From: Desulfosudaceae bacterium
Lineage (GTDB): Bacteria; Desulfobacterota; Desulfobacteria; Desulfobacterales; Desulfosudaceae
DNA length: 64,000 bases
Reading direction: 5' to 3'
Assembly: GCA_963674745.2 (NCBI GenBank)
Contig: CAXXDV010000003.1
Coordinates: forward strand, 1,664,001-1,728,000
In this document: piece by piece, positions 47,753-58,010 of the stretch
Numbering within the stretch: position 1 is the first letter of the stretch
Layout of the letters: every line of letters begins with the position of its first letter
Translations under genes and position numbers: made by a program
Notes under the pieces: generated by a model
Database searches by the model: none
Told to the model about the DNA's origin: nothing
What the model saw: the letters and a program-made list of their open reading frames with translations, nothing else

Positions 47753-50700
47753 ATGCCGAAACGGGATGATGTCAACAAGGTTTTAATTATCGGATCCGGG
47801 CCCATTATCATCGGGCAGGCCTGTGAGTTCGACTATTCAGGTACACAGGCGTGTAAAGCCCTGCGCAAGGTGGGATATGAAATCGTACTGGTGAACTCCA
47901 ATCCGGCGACGATTATGACTGACCCCGGTACGGCTGACGCGACCTATATCGAACCGTTGACCGTGGAATACCTGGAACGGATCATTGAAAAGGAACAGCC
48001 GGATGCCCTGCTGCCCAATCTGGGAGGGCAGAACGGGCTGAACCTGTCATCAGAACTGGCACGCCAGGGAATCCTCAAAAAATATGGCGTCAGAATTATC
48101 GGGGTCCAGGAAGAAGCCATCAAGCGCGGAGAAGACCGTGACGCGTTCAAGGAGACCATGAACCGCCTGGGGATTGAAATGCCCAGAAGCGAGGTGACCA
48201 CCACCGTGGAGGGTGCCAAGCGGATTGCCGGAGAACTGGGCTACCCCGTGGTTGTTCGCCCGGCGTACACCATGGGAGGCACGGGCGGCGGCATGGTCTT
48301 CAACGTCGAGGAACTGGAAACCATTACCACGCGTGGCCTGGCCGCCAGCCTGGTAAACCAGGTGCTCATTGAGGAATCTGTGCTGGGATGGGAAGAACTC
48401 GAGCTTGAAGTGGTGCGAGACGCCAAAAACCAGCGGATAACCGTCTGTTTTATCGAAAACGTCGATGCCATGGGTGTTCATACCGGTGACTCTTTCTGTA
48501 CCGCCCCCATGTTGACCATCAGCGAAGAGCTTCAGAACAGGCTCCAGAAACACTCCTATGACATTGTGGAAGCTATTGAAGTTATTGGCGGAACCAACAT
48601 TCAGTTCGCCCATGACCCGAAGACCGGCCGCGTGGTGGTGATCGAAATCAACCCGCGTACGTCACGGAGTTCGGCACTGGCCTCCAAGGCCACGGGTTTT
48701 CCCATCGCCTATATTTCCAGTCTGCTGGCGGCAGGCCTGACACTGGACGAAATTCCCTACTGGCGGGACGGTACCCTGGAAAAATATACACCCTCCGGAG
48801 ACTATGTCGTTGTCAAATTCGCCCGCTGGGGTTTTGAAAAATTTCCCGATGCCCAGGATGTACTGGGCACTCAGATGCGGGCGGTGGGCGAGGTCATGTC
48901 CATCGGGAAAAACTACAAGGAAGCCTTCTTAAAAGCGATCCGTTCGCTGGAGACAGGACGTTATGGATTGGGCTTTGCCGGAGATTTCAACTCAAAGATA
49001 CTGGGCGAACTGATGGAGATGCTGGTCAGCCCGACCTCAGAACGTCAGTTCATCATGTACGAAGCCCTGCGAAAGGGAGCAGATATCGATGAGCTGTTTG
49101 AAAGGACCCATATCAAGCGCTGGTTTATCGAACAGATGAAAGAGCTGGTTGACCTGGAAGAGAAAATACTGGCCGGTAAGGGGCAGGCACTGCCGGATGA
49201 CCTGCTGGTCCAGGCCAAAAAGGACGGCTTTGCCGATCGATATATCGCCCTTCTGCTTGAGATAAAAGAGGCTGATGTCCGGTCACAGCGGATTGGGCTT
49301 GGCATGACCGAGGCCTGGGAGCCTGTGCCGGTATCCGGCGTTGAAGATGCGGCCTATTATTTTTCCACCTATAACGCCCCGGACAAAGTCCCTTCCGAAA
49401 CCGGCCGCAAAATCCTGGTGCTCGGTGGTGGCCCCAACCGCATCGGCCAGGGCATCGAATTTGATTATTGCTGTGTACATGCCGCCTTTGCCCTGCGTGA
49501 TGCCGGATACACCTCGATTATGGTAAACTGCAACCCGGAGACGGTTTCAACGGACTATGACACGGCCAACCGGCTCTATTTCGAACCCCTGACCGTTGAA
49601 GACGTTCTGTCTATATATGAAAAAGAAAAGCCGGAAGGCGCGATCGTGCAGTTCGGTGGACAAACGCCGCTGAACATTGCCGGTGAACTGGCGGCCGCCG
49701 GGGTTCCCATCCTGGGCACCTCCCCGGAAAGTATTGACCTGGCTGAAGACCGGGACCGGTTCCGCAAAATGATGGAAGAGCTGAACATTCCCATGCCCGA
49801 GGCCGGTATGGCCAGCACCCTTGAAGAGGCGCTGGTTGTGGCTGACCGGATCGGGTACCCCTTGATGGTCCGTCCGTCTTACGTCCTTGGCGGCCGTGGT
49901 ATGGAAGTCGTTTACGATCAGGAAATGCTGGAACATTACGTCCGTCAAGCCGTTGGTGTCACACCGGAGCGTCCCATTCTCATTGACAAATTCCTGTCCA
50001 ATGCCATCGAAGCCGAAGCCGACGCCCTTTCAGACGGAAGCGATGTTTTCGTGCCGGCCGTGATGGAGCATATTGAACGGGCCGGCATCCATTCAGGCGA
50101 TTCGGCCTGCGTGATTCCACCCATCAGCATACCGGAAAAGCACATCGAGACGATCCGGGAATATACCATGAAAATCGCCAGCTCGCTGAACGTGGTTGGA
50201 CTGATGAACATGCAGTATGCCATCCACGATGATCGGGTCTATGTCCTGGAAGCCAACCCCCGGGCTTCACGAACCGTCCCCCTGGTCTCCAAGGTCTGCT
50301 GCGTTTCCATGGCCAACCTGGCCACCCGCCTCATGCTGGGCGAAAAGCTGGCTGATCTGAAACTCGAGAACAAGAGCATACCGCATTTCGGGGTCAAGGA
50401 AGCGGTTTTCCCATTTAATATGTTCCCCGAGGTTGACCCGGTTCTGGGGCCTGAGATGCGGTCCACGGGCGAAGTCCTCGGCATGGCCGGTTCATTCGGC
50501 CTGGCATACTACAAGGCCCAGGAAGCAGCCGGCCAGAAGCTGCCGCTGGAAGGAACGGTGCTGATCACCGTAACTGACAACAATAAACCCGAAGCACTTG
50601 AATTTGCGAGAAAAATGAAAGGGGAAGGGTTCCGGATCATGGCAACCGAAGGGACCTGTAAATACCTGGTGGACAACGGTGTGGAAGCAGCACATATCAA

Positions 50701-50953
50701 GAAACTCCACGAAGGGCGGCCCAACATCGTCGATGCCATTAAAAACGCTGAAATTCAGATGGTTGTCAACACCCCGGCCAGCCGGGAAAGCCAGTTTGAC
50801 GATTCCTATATCCGCAAATCGGCTATTAAATTCAAGGTCCCGTATATCACCACGACTGCAGCGGCGATTGCCTCCGCGCGCGGTATCACCGAAACGCGGA
50901 AAAATACCGGCTCCATTAAACCCCTGCAGGCATATCATGCAAGCCTGAAATAA
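47753..50953 (+). CDS. carB: Carbamoyl-phosphate synthase large subunit
   Basis: MPKR..IGSGPIIIGQACEFDYSG, GGGPNRIGQGIEFDYC, two ATP-grasp domains, MGS domain. Confidence 0.98.
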   Translation: MPKRDDVNKVLIIGSGPIIIGQACEFDYSGTQACKALRKVGYEIVLVNSNPATIMTDPGTADATYIEPLTVEYLERIIEKEQPDALLPNLGGQNGLNLSSELARQGILKKYGVRIIGVQEEAIKRGEDRDAFKETMNRLGIEMPRSEVTTTVEGAKRIAGELGYPVVVRPAYTMGGTGGGMVFNVEELETITTRGLAASLVNQVLIEESVLGWEELELEVVRDAKNQRITVCFIENVDAMGVHTGDSFCTAPMLTISEELQNRLQKHSYDIVEAIEVIGGTNIQFAHDPKTGRVVVIEINPRTSRSSALASKATGFPIAYISSLLAAGLTLDEIPYWRDGTLEKYTPSGDYVVVKFARWGFEKFPDAQDVLGTQMRAVGEVMSIGKNYKEAFLKAIRSLETGRYGLGFAGDFNSKILGELMEMLVSPTSERQFIMYEALRKGADIDELFERTHIKRWFIEQMKELVDLEEKILAGKGQALPDDLLVQAKKDGFADRYIALLLEIKEADVRSQRIGLGMTEAWEPVPVSGVEDAAYYFSTYNAPDKVPSETGRKILVLGGGPNRIGQGIEFDYCCVHAAFALRDAGYTSIMVNCNPETVSTDYDTANRLYFEPLTVEDVLSIYEKEKPEGAIVQFGGQTPLNIAGELAAAGVPILGTSPESIDLAEDRDRFRKMMEELNIPMPEAGMASTLEEALVVADRIGYPLMVRPSYVLGGRGMEVVYDQEMLEHYVRQAVGVTPERPILIDKFLSNAIEAEADALSDGSDVFVPAVMEHIERAGIHSGDSACVIPPISIPEKHIETIREYTMKIASSLNVVGLMNMQYAIHDDRVYVLEANPRASRTVPLVSKVCCVSMANLATRLMLGEKLADLKLENKSIPHFGVKEAVFPFNMFPEVDPVLGPEMRSTGEVLGMAGSFGLAYYKAQEAAGQKLPLEGTVLITVTDNNKPEALEFARKMKGEGFRIMATEGTCKYLVDNGVEAAHIKKLHEGRPNIVDAIKNAEIQMVVNTPASRESQFDDSYIRKSAIKFKVPYITTTAAAIASARGITETRKNTGSIKPLQAYHASLK

Positions 50954-50971
50954 TTCATTTTCATAAGTACG

Positions 50972-51006
50972 GGCCTGCCGGGTGTTCTGCCCGGCAGGCC
51001 TTTTTT
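50972..51006 (+). terminator. Intrinsic terminator after carB
   Basis: ggcctgccgggt / gcccggcaggcc stem followed by tttttt. Confidence 0.9.
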
Positions 51007-51027
51007 ATTCCAGCGTCATAAAAGTAA

Positions 51028-51169
51028 AGGGTATCTCTAAAATTAGAATTTTGGTTCGAGGTCAAGGCGTGCGAAAATTTTAACCGGGGGAATACATTAA
51101 GTATTTCGAGGATTAAAATTTGAGCACAACGCCGACATCGGGCTAAAAGGCAATTTTTAGAGGTGCCCT
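51028..51169. mobile_element. MITE-like non-autonomous palindromic element (about 142 bp)
   Basis: Terminal inverted repeats agggtatctctaaaa / ttttagaggtgccct and nested internal arms; no transposase. Confidence 0.65.
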
Positions 51170-51391
51170 AAAAAAGTTGACGCTAAAAATCGTCCCTGTT
51201 ATAGATAATGACCGGGTTAACCGTTCCTTTTTTCTTTTTTTTCTTGTCCTTCAACAGGATGCTTACATGAAGTGTCGGTGCTCGATTAGATATAATTGTG
51301 CAGAACGGATCAATTCATGCGCGCAAGTAACTGCCCCTGGCGTTTGCGATGATCAGGACGTCGTGTTGCCGGCTGGCCCGGTGACTGCCGG

Positions 51392-54300
51392 ATGAAAGAA
51401 ATTATCGTCAAAAAATCAGGTCCAATCGTTGTCTGGTTGTTTTTTCTTTCCGGCGCAGCCGGGTTGATGTACGAAATCATCTGGACGCGCATGCTGACGA
51501 TGTATGTCGGCGGCAGCGCTTTTTCGGTCAGCATTGTGTTGACGGTGTTCATGGCCGGCCTGGCGCTCGGCAGTGCGATTGCCGGTAAATTTGCCGATCG
51601 CCTCGACGGGCCGGAAAGGTTGCTGCTTTTTTACGGGGGTATGGAAGTGGCCGTGGGGTTATACGGCCTGCTCTTTCCCATCCTGATCTCCGCCGGCAAA
51701 CCGTTGTATGCCCTGGTTTATCACCGTCTTCTGGACAACTTTCTCGAATACAATATGGCCAGCGCGCTCATATCGGCGCTACTGCTTATCGTGCCCACAA
51801 CACTGATGGGGGCGACCCTGCCGCTGCTGTGCCGTTTCATCATTAATGACCTGTCCCGTACCGGCAGGCATACGGGACAGTTATACGGGATGAATACGCT
51901 GGGCGCGGCCATGGGCGCCTGCCTGTGTGGCTTCTGGCTGATAGGACGATGGGGAATCATCGCAGCCCTGCTGACGGCCGTCACCGTTAATGTCGTCATC
52001 GGCTTTTTCTGTATCCTGTACCTCGTTCCGGCAATCAAAGAAGGCCGGAGAGTTTTAACACCGGATAAAACCATTCCGCCACAGGCAGCCTCCGTAAAAG
52101 GAACACCGCCCCGCCGGTTTTTGATCAATGCCCTGCCCCTCTATGCCATTCTGGCGGTATCCGCTTTCTGCGCCATGTCATACGAGGTCATCTGGACAAA
52201 GCTGATTGCACTGCTCGTGGGACCGACCACCTATTCATTTACCATTGTACTTTTCACCTTCATCACCGGGCTGGCGATGGGCAGTGCTCTTTTCGGCCGT
52301 CTGGCTGACCGCAGCCGGAATCCTTTCGGTCTGCTGGTGGTCACCCAGCTGGCAGGAGCCGCTTTTGTTCTGGCCGCCAGTCATTTTCTGGGTAATTCCC
52401 AGATATTTTTCGCTAAAGTGATTTATCAACTGAGGCATAACTTCATCCTGCTGGAAGCCGTCAAAACCGGCCTGTTGTTCGCCGTCATGGTTGTACCAAC
52501 GATCTTCCTCGGCGCGGTGATCCCGGCAGCCGTCCGGATCCGCGTCCGGAGCATTGCGTTGATCGGGGCTTCGGTCGGCAGCCTTTACGCCATCAGTACG
52601 GTCGGAGCGTTCCTTGGCGCTTTCTGTGCCGGGTTCATACTGGTCCCCCTGTTCGGCAAAGCCGCGGGAATTTCCACCCTGGTCGCGATCCAGGTCGTTA
52701 CCGTGCTGATGTGTTCATTACCCGCCGGAAGACATCGTCCGCAACGCAGGGTCCTGACAGTGGGTGTGGCAGCCGTTATTTTCACCGCTAGTCTTTTTTT
52801 GCCCGGGTGGGACGGTCTTACCCTGTCCCGCGGAAAATACCTGCGTCCGGATCTCTATGGCACGACGCTGGAAAACATGTCGTTTCTTGAAAGTATCTTT
52901 CAGGGCCCAAAACGCCTGTCACACCTGTCCACGGACAAGGATATTATCTGGATCGACGACGGCATCGGTGGATTGGTTGCGGTGGGCAAAACCATCAACA
53001 GCCTGGGGACACCGGTCATGTTCCTCTCGGTGGACGGCAAGATCGTCACTTCGACGTTGTGGGACCTTAACATGATGGTTACCGCAGGGCATCTGCCCCT
53101 GATGCTTCACCAGAACGCAAAAAAGGCACTGGTTGTCGGCCTGGGCAGCGGCTTAACGGCCGGTGAAATGCTGCACTATCCCCTGGAACGGCTCGATATC
53201 GTGGAGATCAGCCCCGAAGTCGTCAAAGCATGCCATCTTTTCGCACCTTTCCACAACAACCTTCTGATCGACCCCAGAACACACATCATCGTGCAGGACG
53301 CCAGAACGCATATAGCGCTCACGGATCAAAAATACGATGTCATTGTGGCCGACCCCATTAATCCCTGGATGGCCGGTTCAGCCAACCTCTTCACCCTGGA
53401 TCACTTCCGGCGTGTAAAAGAACGGCTGAATCCGGGCGGCATATTTGTTCAATGGTTTCATGCCTATCAGTCGGACTGGAATGTGTTCTCCATGTTCGGA
53501 CGCACCTTCCGGCAGGCTTTTCCGAACAGCCTCCTGGTAAACACGGCTGTTCTCGGCCAGGACTATCTGTTCGTGGGATTCAAAGACGATCATGGCCCCA
53601 TGCTTGACAGCAAGTTGATGGAGGCCAATCTTCCCTATGCTCAAAAATCCGCTCACATGCGCATATCAAGCCCATCCGTCATTTACCCGTTGATCGTGAC
53701 CGATATTCCCGCCTCACTTTTTACTGACGGCCGCCTGCACACCGACAATCACCCGTATATGGAATATCTCGCACCCCGACACGCCTATACGGGCGGATCC
53801 GATTTCAGAAAGGACGTCCTTGAAAAAAGGCAACGTTCACCACTCCTGCAGTCTCGCCTGTCACAATTCAGTAATATCAACCATCAAATCGCATTTGCCG
53901 ATTTTATGGCCTCGTTGAATATCGCCCCCTTCGGCCTTGTCCGGCTTGATGAGGCAGACCCCTCTCAGACGAATCGGTACCGGCAGATAGTGGAAAGCTA
54001 CTGCCGGGTCAACTTGATCGAGGACTACAGCCGATTAGGGCCACTTGACCGGGACATCTGCCTTCCCGTCCAGAAGCAGTGTATTCTGGCCCGCATCGAT
54101 CAACTGACCGGAAAAGATGGTCAGAATTGGCTGCTCGGCGCCGCATATTTTGACCTGGCCGGTATATATGCGGCCGGGCAGGACTTCCCGTCTGCGATCT
54201 CATATTATCGACAGGGCCTTACGCTTTTACCCGATCATCAAATGGCCCTGTCGAATTTAGCCGCATGTTACGAACAGCTGCAGGCATATGACAAAGCTAT

Positions 54301-54694
54301 TGATATCCTCCACCGCCTGGCTTCCATACAACCCGGTTCAGCTAAACTAATGACCCGACTGGCCGCAAATCATTTAAAACGCGGCAATCAGGTTGACGCT
54401 TTAAGGTACATCGAAGAAGCCCTGCGCTATAACAAGCGTTATGTTCCTGCTCTTGTAACGGCGGGCATGATCTACGGAACCAAAGGCGATTTCACACGGG
54501 CCGTCTCATACTCCCAGAAGGCACTGGTTATTGACCCGGAATCGGTCAACGCCTATCAAAACATTGCCGTGGCGCTGTCCCGGCTCGGCAGAACAGAAGA
54601 AGCGCTGGCATACATCAAGCGCGGGCTTGAGGTTGCGCCGACCAACAGGGACCTGATGGCACTCCGTGATACGCTTTTATCTTTGAATTTTTAA
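51392..54694 (+). CDS. Fused MFS-like / spermidine synthase protein with C-terminal TPRs
   Basis: FFLSGAAGLMYEIIWTR repeat pair, LVVGLGSGLT, VEISPEV, QDARTH, LNPGG, TDNHPYME, TPR helices. Confidence 0.88.
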   Translation: MKEIIVKKSGPIVVWLFFLSGAAGLMYEIIWTRMLTMYVGGSAFSVSIVLTVFMAGLALGSAIAGKFADRLDGPERLLLFYGGMEVAVGLYGLLFPILISAGKPLYALVYHRLLDNFLEYNMASALISALLLIVPTTLMGATLPLLCRFIINDLSRTGRHTGQLYGMNTLGAAMGACLCGFWLIGRWGIIAALLTAVTVNVVIGFFCILYLVPAIKEGRRVLTPDKTIPPQAASVKGTPPRRFLINALPLYAILAVSAFCAMSYEVIWTKLIALLVGPTTYSFTIVLFTFITGLAMGSALFGRLADRSRNPFGLLVVTQLAGAAFVLAASHFLGNSQIFFAKVIYQLRHNFILLEAVKTGLLFAVMVVPTIFLGAVIPAAVRIRVRSIALIGASVGSLYAISTVGAFLGAFCAGFILVPLFGKAAGISTLVAIQVVTVLMCSLPAGRHRPQRRVLTVGVAAVIFTASLFLPGWDGLTLSRGKYLRPDLYGTTLENMSFLESIFQGPKRLSHLSTDKDIIWIDDGIGGLVAVGKTINSLGTPVMFLSVDGKIVTSTLWDLNMMVTAGHLPLMLHQNAKKALVVGLGSGLTAGEMLHYPLERLDIVEISPEVVKACHLFAPFHNNLLIDPRTHIIVQDARTHIALTDQKYDVIVADPINPWMAGSANLFTLDHFRRVKERLNPGGIFVQWFHAYQSDWNVFSMFGRTFRQAFPNSLLVNTAVLGQDYLFVGFKDDHGPMLDSKLMEANLPYAQKSAHMRISSPSVIYPLIVTDIPASLFTDGRLHTDNHPYMEYLAPRHAYTGGSDFRKDVLEKRQRSPLLQSRLSQFSNINHQIAFADFMASLNIAPFGLVRLDEADPSQTNRYRQIVESYCRVNLIEDYSRLGPLDRDICLPVQKQCILARIDQLTGKDGQNWLLGAAYFDLAGIYAAGQDFPSAISYYRQGLTLLPDHQMALSNLAACYEQLQAYDKAIDILHRLASIQPGSAKLMTRLAANHLKRGNQVDALRYIEEALRYNKRYVPALVTAGMIYGTKGDFTRAVSYSQKALVIDPESVNAYQNIAVALSRLGRTEEALAYIKRGLEVAPTNRDLMALRDTLLSLNF

Positions 54695-54785
54695 TCATTA
54701 TTGTCCAAAAACCCGCTTTCCTGTGGTATTTTACCTGTGTGCTCATGACCAACTTTCTTTTTGCTGTTTTCGGAAGTCCTTTACA

Positions 54786-55151
54786 ATGAACATTTATACA
54801 AGTAATTTCAGAAACCTGAAAAACATTCCCGGGGACATGACAGCAATCAGCGTGGCCCGATTTCCGCCCAAATGGTATCAGGGTCATGAATTGAAATCAC
54901 TGGCCCCATCCCCAAAGCTGCTGGGAAAAGCCAAAAGCGGCAAGATCAATAATGATGACTATACAAAAGAATATCTGTCGGCCCTGGAAGCCGCTTTTTC
55001 ACCGGAATCCCTATATGAAATACTGACACGCTTTGCCGGCGATGGAGATATTGTCTTGCTCTGCTTTGAAAAACCGGGTGATTTCTGTCACCGTCGACTC
55101 GTCGCCCGATGGCTGGAACGACATCTGAATATCAGGGTTGACGAATTTTAA
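54786..55151 (+). CDS. DUF488-family protein
   Basis: IYTSNF, LAPS, VLLCFEKPGDFCHRRLVARWL. Confidence 0.75.
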   Translation: MNIYTSNFRNLKNIPGDMTAISVARFPPKWYQGHELKSLAPSPKLLGKAKSGKINNDDYTKEYLSALEAAFSPESLYEILTRFAGDGDIVLLCFEKPGDFCHRRLVARWLERHLNIRVDEF

Positions 55152-55263
55152 TAGAACCTGATGCCATATATATTCTGGCAACAATTCCAAAATGATGGTA
55201 AAAGAATTATGGTTATGACAAAGATTATCGGTGGGGACTTAAATTAAAGATGGGAGGATTATC

Positions 55264-56502
55264 ATGATTTGGGCAATCAAAAAGGCTTATTACCGGATTT
55301 TTCAATTCTGTATGGGGATGGGAATGTATTTTCTCCCCTGGTTTGAACCGGAGGTTATCGAAGGCGCGGATAGCATCAAGAAGCTGCCTGATGTGATTAA
55401 AGAAAAAAAATTTACACGGGTTCTCATCGTCACGGATGCTGTTCTCATGGGCCTGAACATGCTCGATACACTTTTTGAGGCGTTAAAGTCAGCCGGCATA
55501 CAGTACTTTGTTTATGACCAGGTTCAGCCCAACCCCACCATTGACAACATTGAAGCCGCCCTTGATATGTATAAGGCAAATAACTGCCAGGCCATTATCG
55601 CTTTTGGCGGCGGTTCGCCAATGGATTGCGCCAAAATCACAGCGGCCAGAGTGGCCCGTCCGGGCCGACCGATTCCTAAAATGAGGGGCTTGTTCAAGGT
55701 AATCCTTCCCGCTTTTAAAATGGGTTCATTACTGCCGCCATCCCTTTTCGCTGTTCCCACAACGGCCGGCACCGGTTCCGAGACAACCATCGCGGCAGTT
55801 GTGTCAGACCCCCAGACCCATGAAAAATACCCGATTACGGATCCCACCCTCCGTCCCAAATACGCGGTCTTGGATCCCATGCTGACGGTCGGCCTGCCGC
55901 CGCACATCACGTCCACAACGGGCATGGACGCCATGACACATGCTGTTGAATCGTACATCGGGAAATTCTATAACAGTAAAGTCACACGCCAGAAAGCCGT
56001 CATGGCCGCGAAAATCATTTTCAACAATCTTGAAAAAGCGTTTAAAAACGGCCAGGATATTGAAGCCCGCGGACAGATGCTGCTGGCCGCGTATTATGGG
56101 GGATTTTCCTTTACCCGCGGCGGCGTCGGCAACATTCACTGCATCGGCCATAATCTCGGGGGTATGTATAATGTTCCCCATGGCCTGGCCATGCCGGTCA
56201 TCATGCCTTATGTGCTTGAATGGTATGGAGAGGCAGCCCATAAACCACTGGCGGAACTGGCCGACGCAGTTGGTGTTTCAAGTCCCGGTATGGACCGGGC
56301 TCAAAAAGCAAAGGCCTTTATAGAAGCCATTAAAGATCTGAACAAACGGCTGGAGCTGCCCGATAAATTTGACTGCATTGAGGACAAGGACATTCCGCTG
56401 ATTGCCGAGCGCGCCTTGATGGAGTGCAACCCGACCTACCCTGTTCCAAAGGTGATGACCAAAGCGGATTGCATGGCCGTCATCAAACAACTCAAGGCCT
56501 GA
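55264..56502 (+). CDS. Iron-containing alcohol dehydrogenase
   Basis: GGGSPMD, PTTAGTGSE, GMDAMTHAVE, HCIGH, PHG. Confidence 0.93.
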   Translation: MIWAIKKAYYRIFQFCMGMGMYFLPWFEPEVIEGADSIKKLPDVIKEKKFTRVLIVTDAVLMGLNMLDTLFEALKSAGIQYFVYDQVQPNPTIDNIEAALDMYKANNCQAIIAFGGGSPMDCAKITAARVARPGRPIPKMRGLFKVILPAFKMGSLLPPSLFAVPTTAGTGSETTIAAVVSDPQTHEKYPITDPTLRPKYAVLDPMLTVGLPPHITSTTGMDAMTHAVESYIGKFYNSKVTRQKAVMAAKIIFNNLEKAFKNGQDIEARGQMLLAAYYGGFSFTRGGVGNIHCIGHNLGGMYNVPHGLAMPVIMPYVLEWYGEAAHKPLAELADAVGVSSPGMDRAQKAKAFIEAIKDLNKRLELPDKFDCIEDKDIPLIAERALMECNPTYPVPKVMTKADCMAVIKQLKA

Positions 56503-56554
56503 CGACCACCAGAACCGAAAAGAAAACACTGCTTTTCACAGGTGGACGCCCGTT

Positions 56555-57976
56555 ATGAAAAATCGATCATCGGCTGAGCAGACCGGAAGATCAGCTCAGC
56601 CGATATCTCCTTCCCGGAAGCTCATGAGCATCCCCAACGTACGGATGTTCATCGCTTTTCGTATTTTTTTCAATGCCCGTTTCTACTATCCCGTATTCAC
56701 GATTCTGTTTCTTGACTTTGGCTTGACCCTCGAACAATTTGCCGTGCTGAACGCCGTCTGGGCGGCCACAATTGTTCTGCTGGAAGTCCCTTCCGGCGCT
56801 TTGGCAGACAGCCTGGGGCGTCGGAACCTGCTGGTCCTGACCGGACTGTTGATGATCGTGGAAATGGCCGTGCTCAGCTTCGTCCCCCTGGGGAACATGA
56901 CGATCATCTTCTATGCCTTTCTTGCGAACCGGATTCTAAGCGGGACGGCGGAAGCGGCGGCCAGCGGCGCTGATGAAGCCCTTGCATACGACGCCCTGGT
57001 CGAAGCCGGTCTTGAAAGAGACTGGCCGCGCGTACTTGAAATGCAGATGCGTTATCAGTCCATGGGCTATATCGTCGCCATGGCCATCGGTGCGGCTGTA
57101 TACGACCCCGCCCTCGTGCAGCAAGCGGCCGACCTGATCGGCCTGAAGGTTGTTTTCACTCAGCAGATGACAATCCGGTTCCCGCTGTATCTCTGCCTGC
57201 TCATGGCTTGCTTTACTTTTTTAACGGCATACCGCATGAGTGAATCCGGCCGCAGGCAAGATGACTGCTCCCCTCTGGAAATATGCGGCCGTTCCTTCAA
57301 ATCGGCCATGCGCCTGACAATCCAGGCCGGCCGCTGGATACTGCAGACCCCGTTCGCGCTGGTTCTGATAATGGCCGGTCTGATGATCGACAATGTCGTG
57401 CGGATGATCACCACTCTTTCCAGCCAGTATTATCGTTTGATTCACCTTCCTGAAGCGACTTATGGTCTTATCGGTTCGGCCATGGCTTTGATGGGTCTGT
57501 TCATCCCCCGGATCGGTGTCTGGTTTTTGGGTCACGTCACTCCGGCCATGAACTTCCTGATCCTGGCAGGGTTAACCGTCATGGCCCTGTTCGCCATGAC
57601 CCGGTTCGTCCCCTATGCAGGCCTGATTCCGGTTGTCGTTCTGTTCGGCATCATGATGCTGTTAAACCTTTTTCTCAGCCACTATCTGAACCGCATCACG
57701 GATTCCCGCCAGCGCGCCACGGTTCTCAGCTTCAAAGGGCTGTCATTTAATATGGCTTACGGTATTGCCGGCCTGCTCTATTCCTCTGCTGTGGCCTTGG
57801 AGCGGTACCGGCTTCAGGGGTCTTTATCCGTAATATCTTCAAATTCAGTGGATAAGACCGTTTTTATCACGTCCATAGGATGGTTCCCATGGTATTTCAT
57901 CATACTTATCTTCTGCTTTATCTGTTTTGCCGCAAAAATCCTCAGCGGCCGACGCGATCATCTTGAAACCGGATAA
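56555..57976 (+). CDS. MFS transporter
   Basis: LEVPSGALADSLGRR motif A, SGADEALAYD, QRATVLS, multiple TM helices. Confidence 0.9.
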   Translation: MKNRSSAEQTGRSAQPISPSRKLMSIPNVRMFIAFRIFFNARFYYPVFTILFLDFGLTLEQFAVLNAVWAATIVLLEVPSGALADSLGRRNLLVLTGLLMIVEMAVLSFVPLGNMTIIFYAFLANRILSGTAEAAASGADEALAYDALVEAGLERDWPRVLEMQMRYQSMGYIVAMAIGAAVYDPALVQQAADLIGLKVVFTQQMTIRFPLYLCLLMACFTFLTAYRMSESGRRQDDCSPLEICGRSFKSAMRLTIQAGRWILQTPFALVLIMAGLMIDNVVRMITTLSSQYYRLIHLPEATYGLIGSAMALMGLFIPRIGVWFLGHVTPAMNFLILAGLTVMALFAMTRFVPYAGLIPVVVLFGIMMLLNLFLSHYLNRITDSRQRATVLSFKGLSFNMAYGIAGLLYSSAVALERYRLQGSLSVISSNSVDKTVFITSIGWFPWYFIILIFCFICFAAKILSGRRDHLETG

Positions 57977-58010
57977 TCTTCTTGAATTAATTTCGGAACA
58001 ATATGGTCGG

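Noticed and set aside
47753..50953. carB without adjacent carA
   Set aside because: Separated carA/carB is not unusual; carA is presumably elsewhere
51053..51063. GGTTCGAG as a tRNA T-loop
   Set aside because: Part of the palindromic element arm; no cloverleaf
54786..55151. DUF488 gene as a marker of a phage or defence island
   Set aside because: Single gene with no mobile or defence neighbours
55162..55180. TGCCA-N9-TGGCA palindrome / possible sigma-54 box before the Fe-ADH gene
   Set aside because: Only 5-bp arms and no -12 GC at the right spacing
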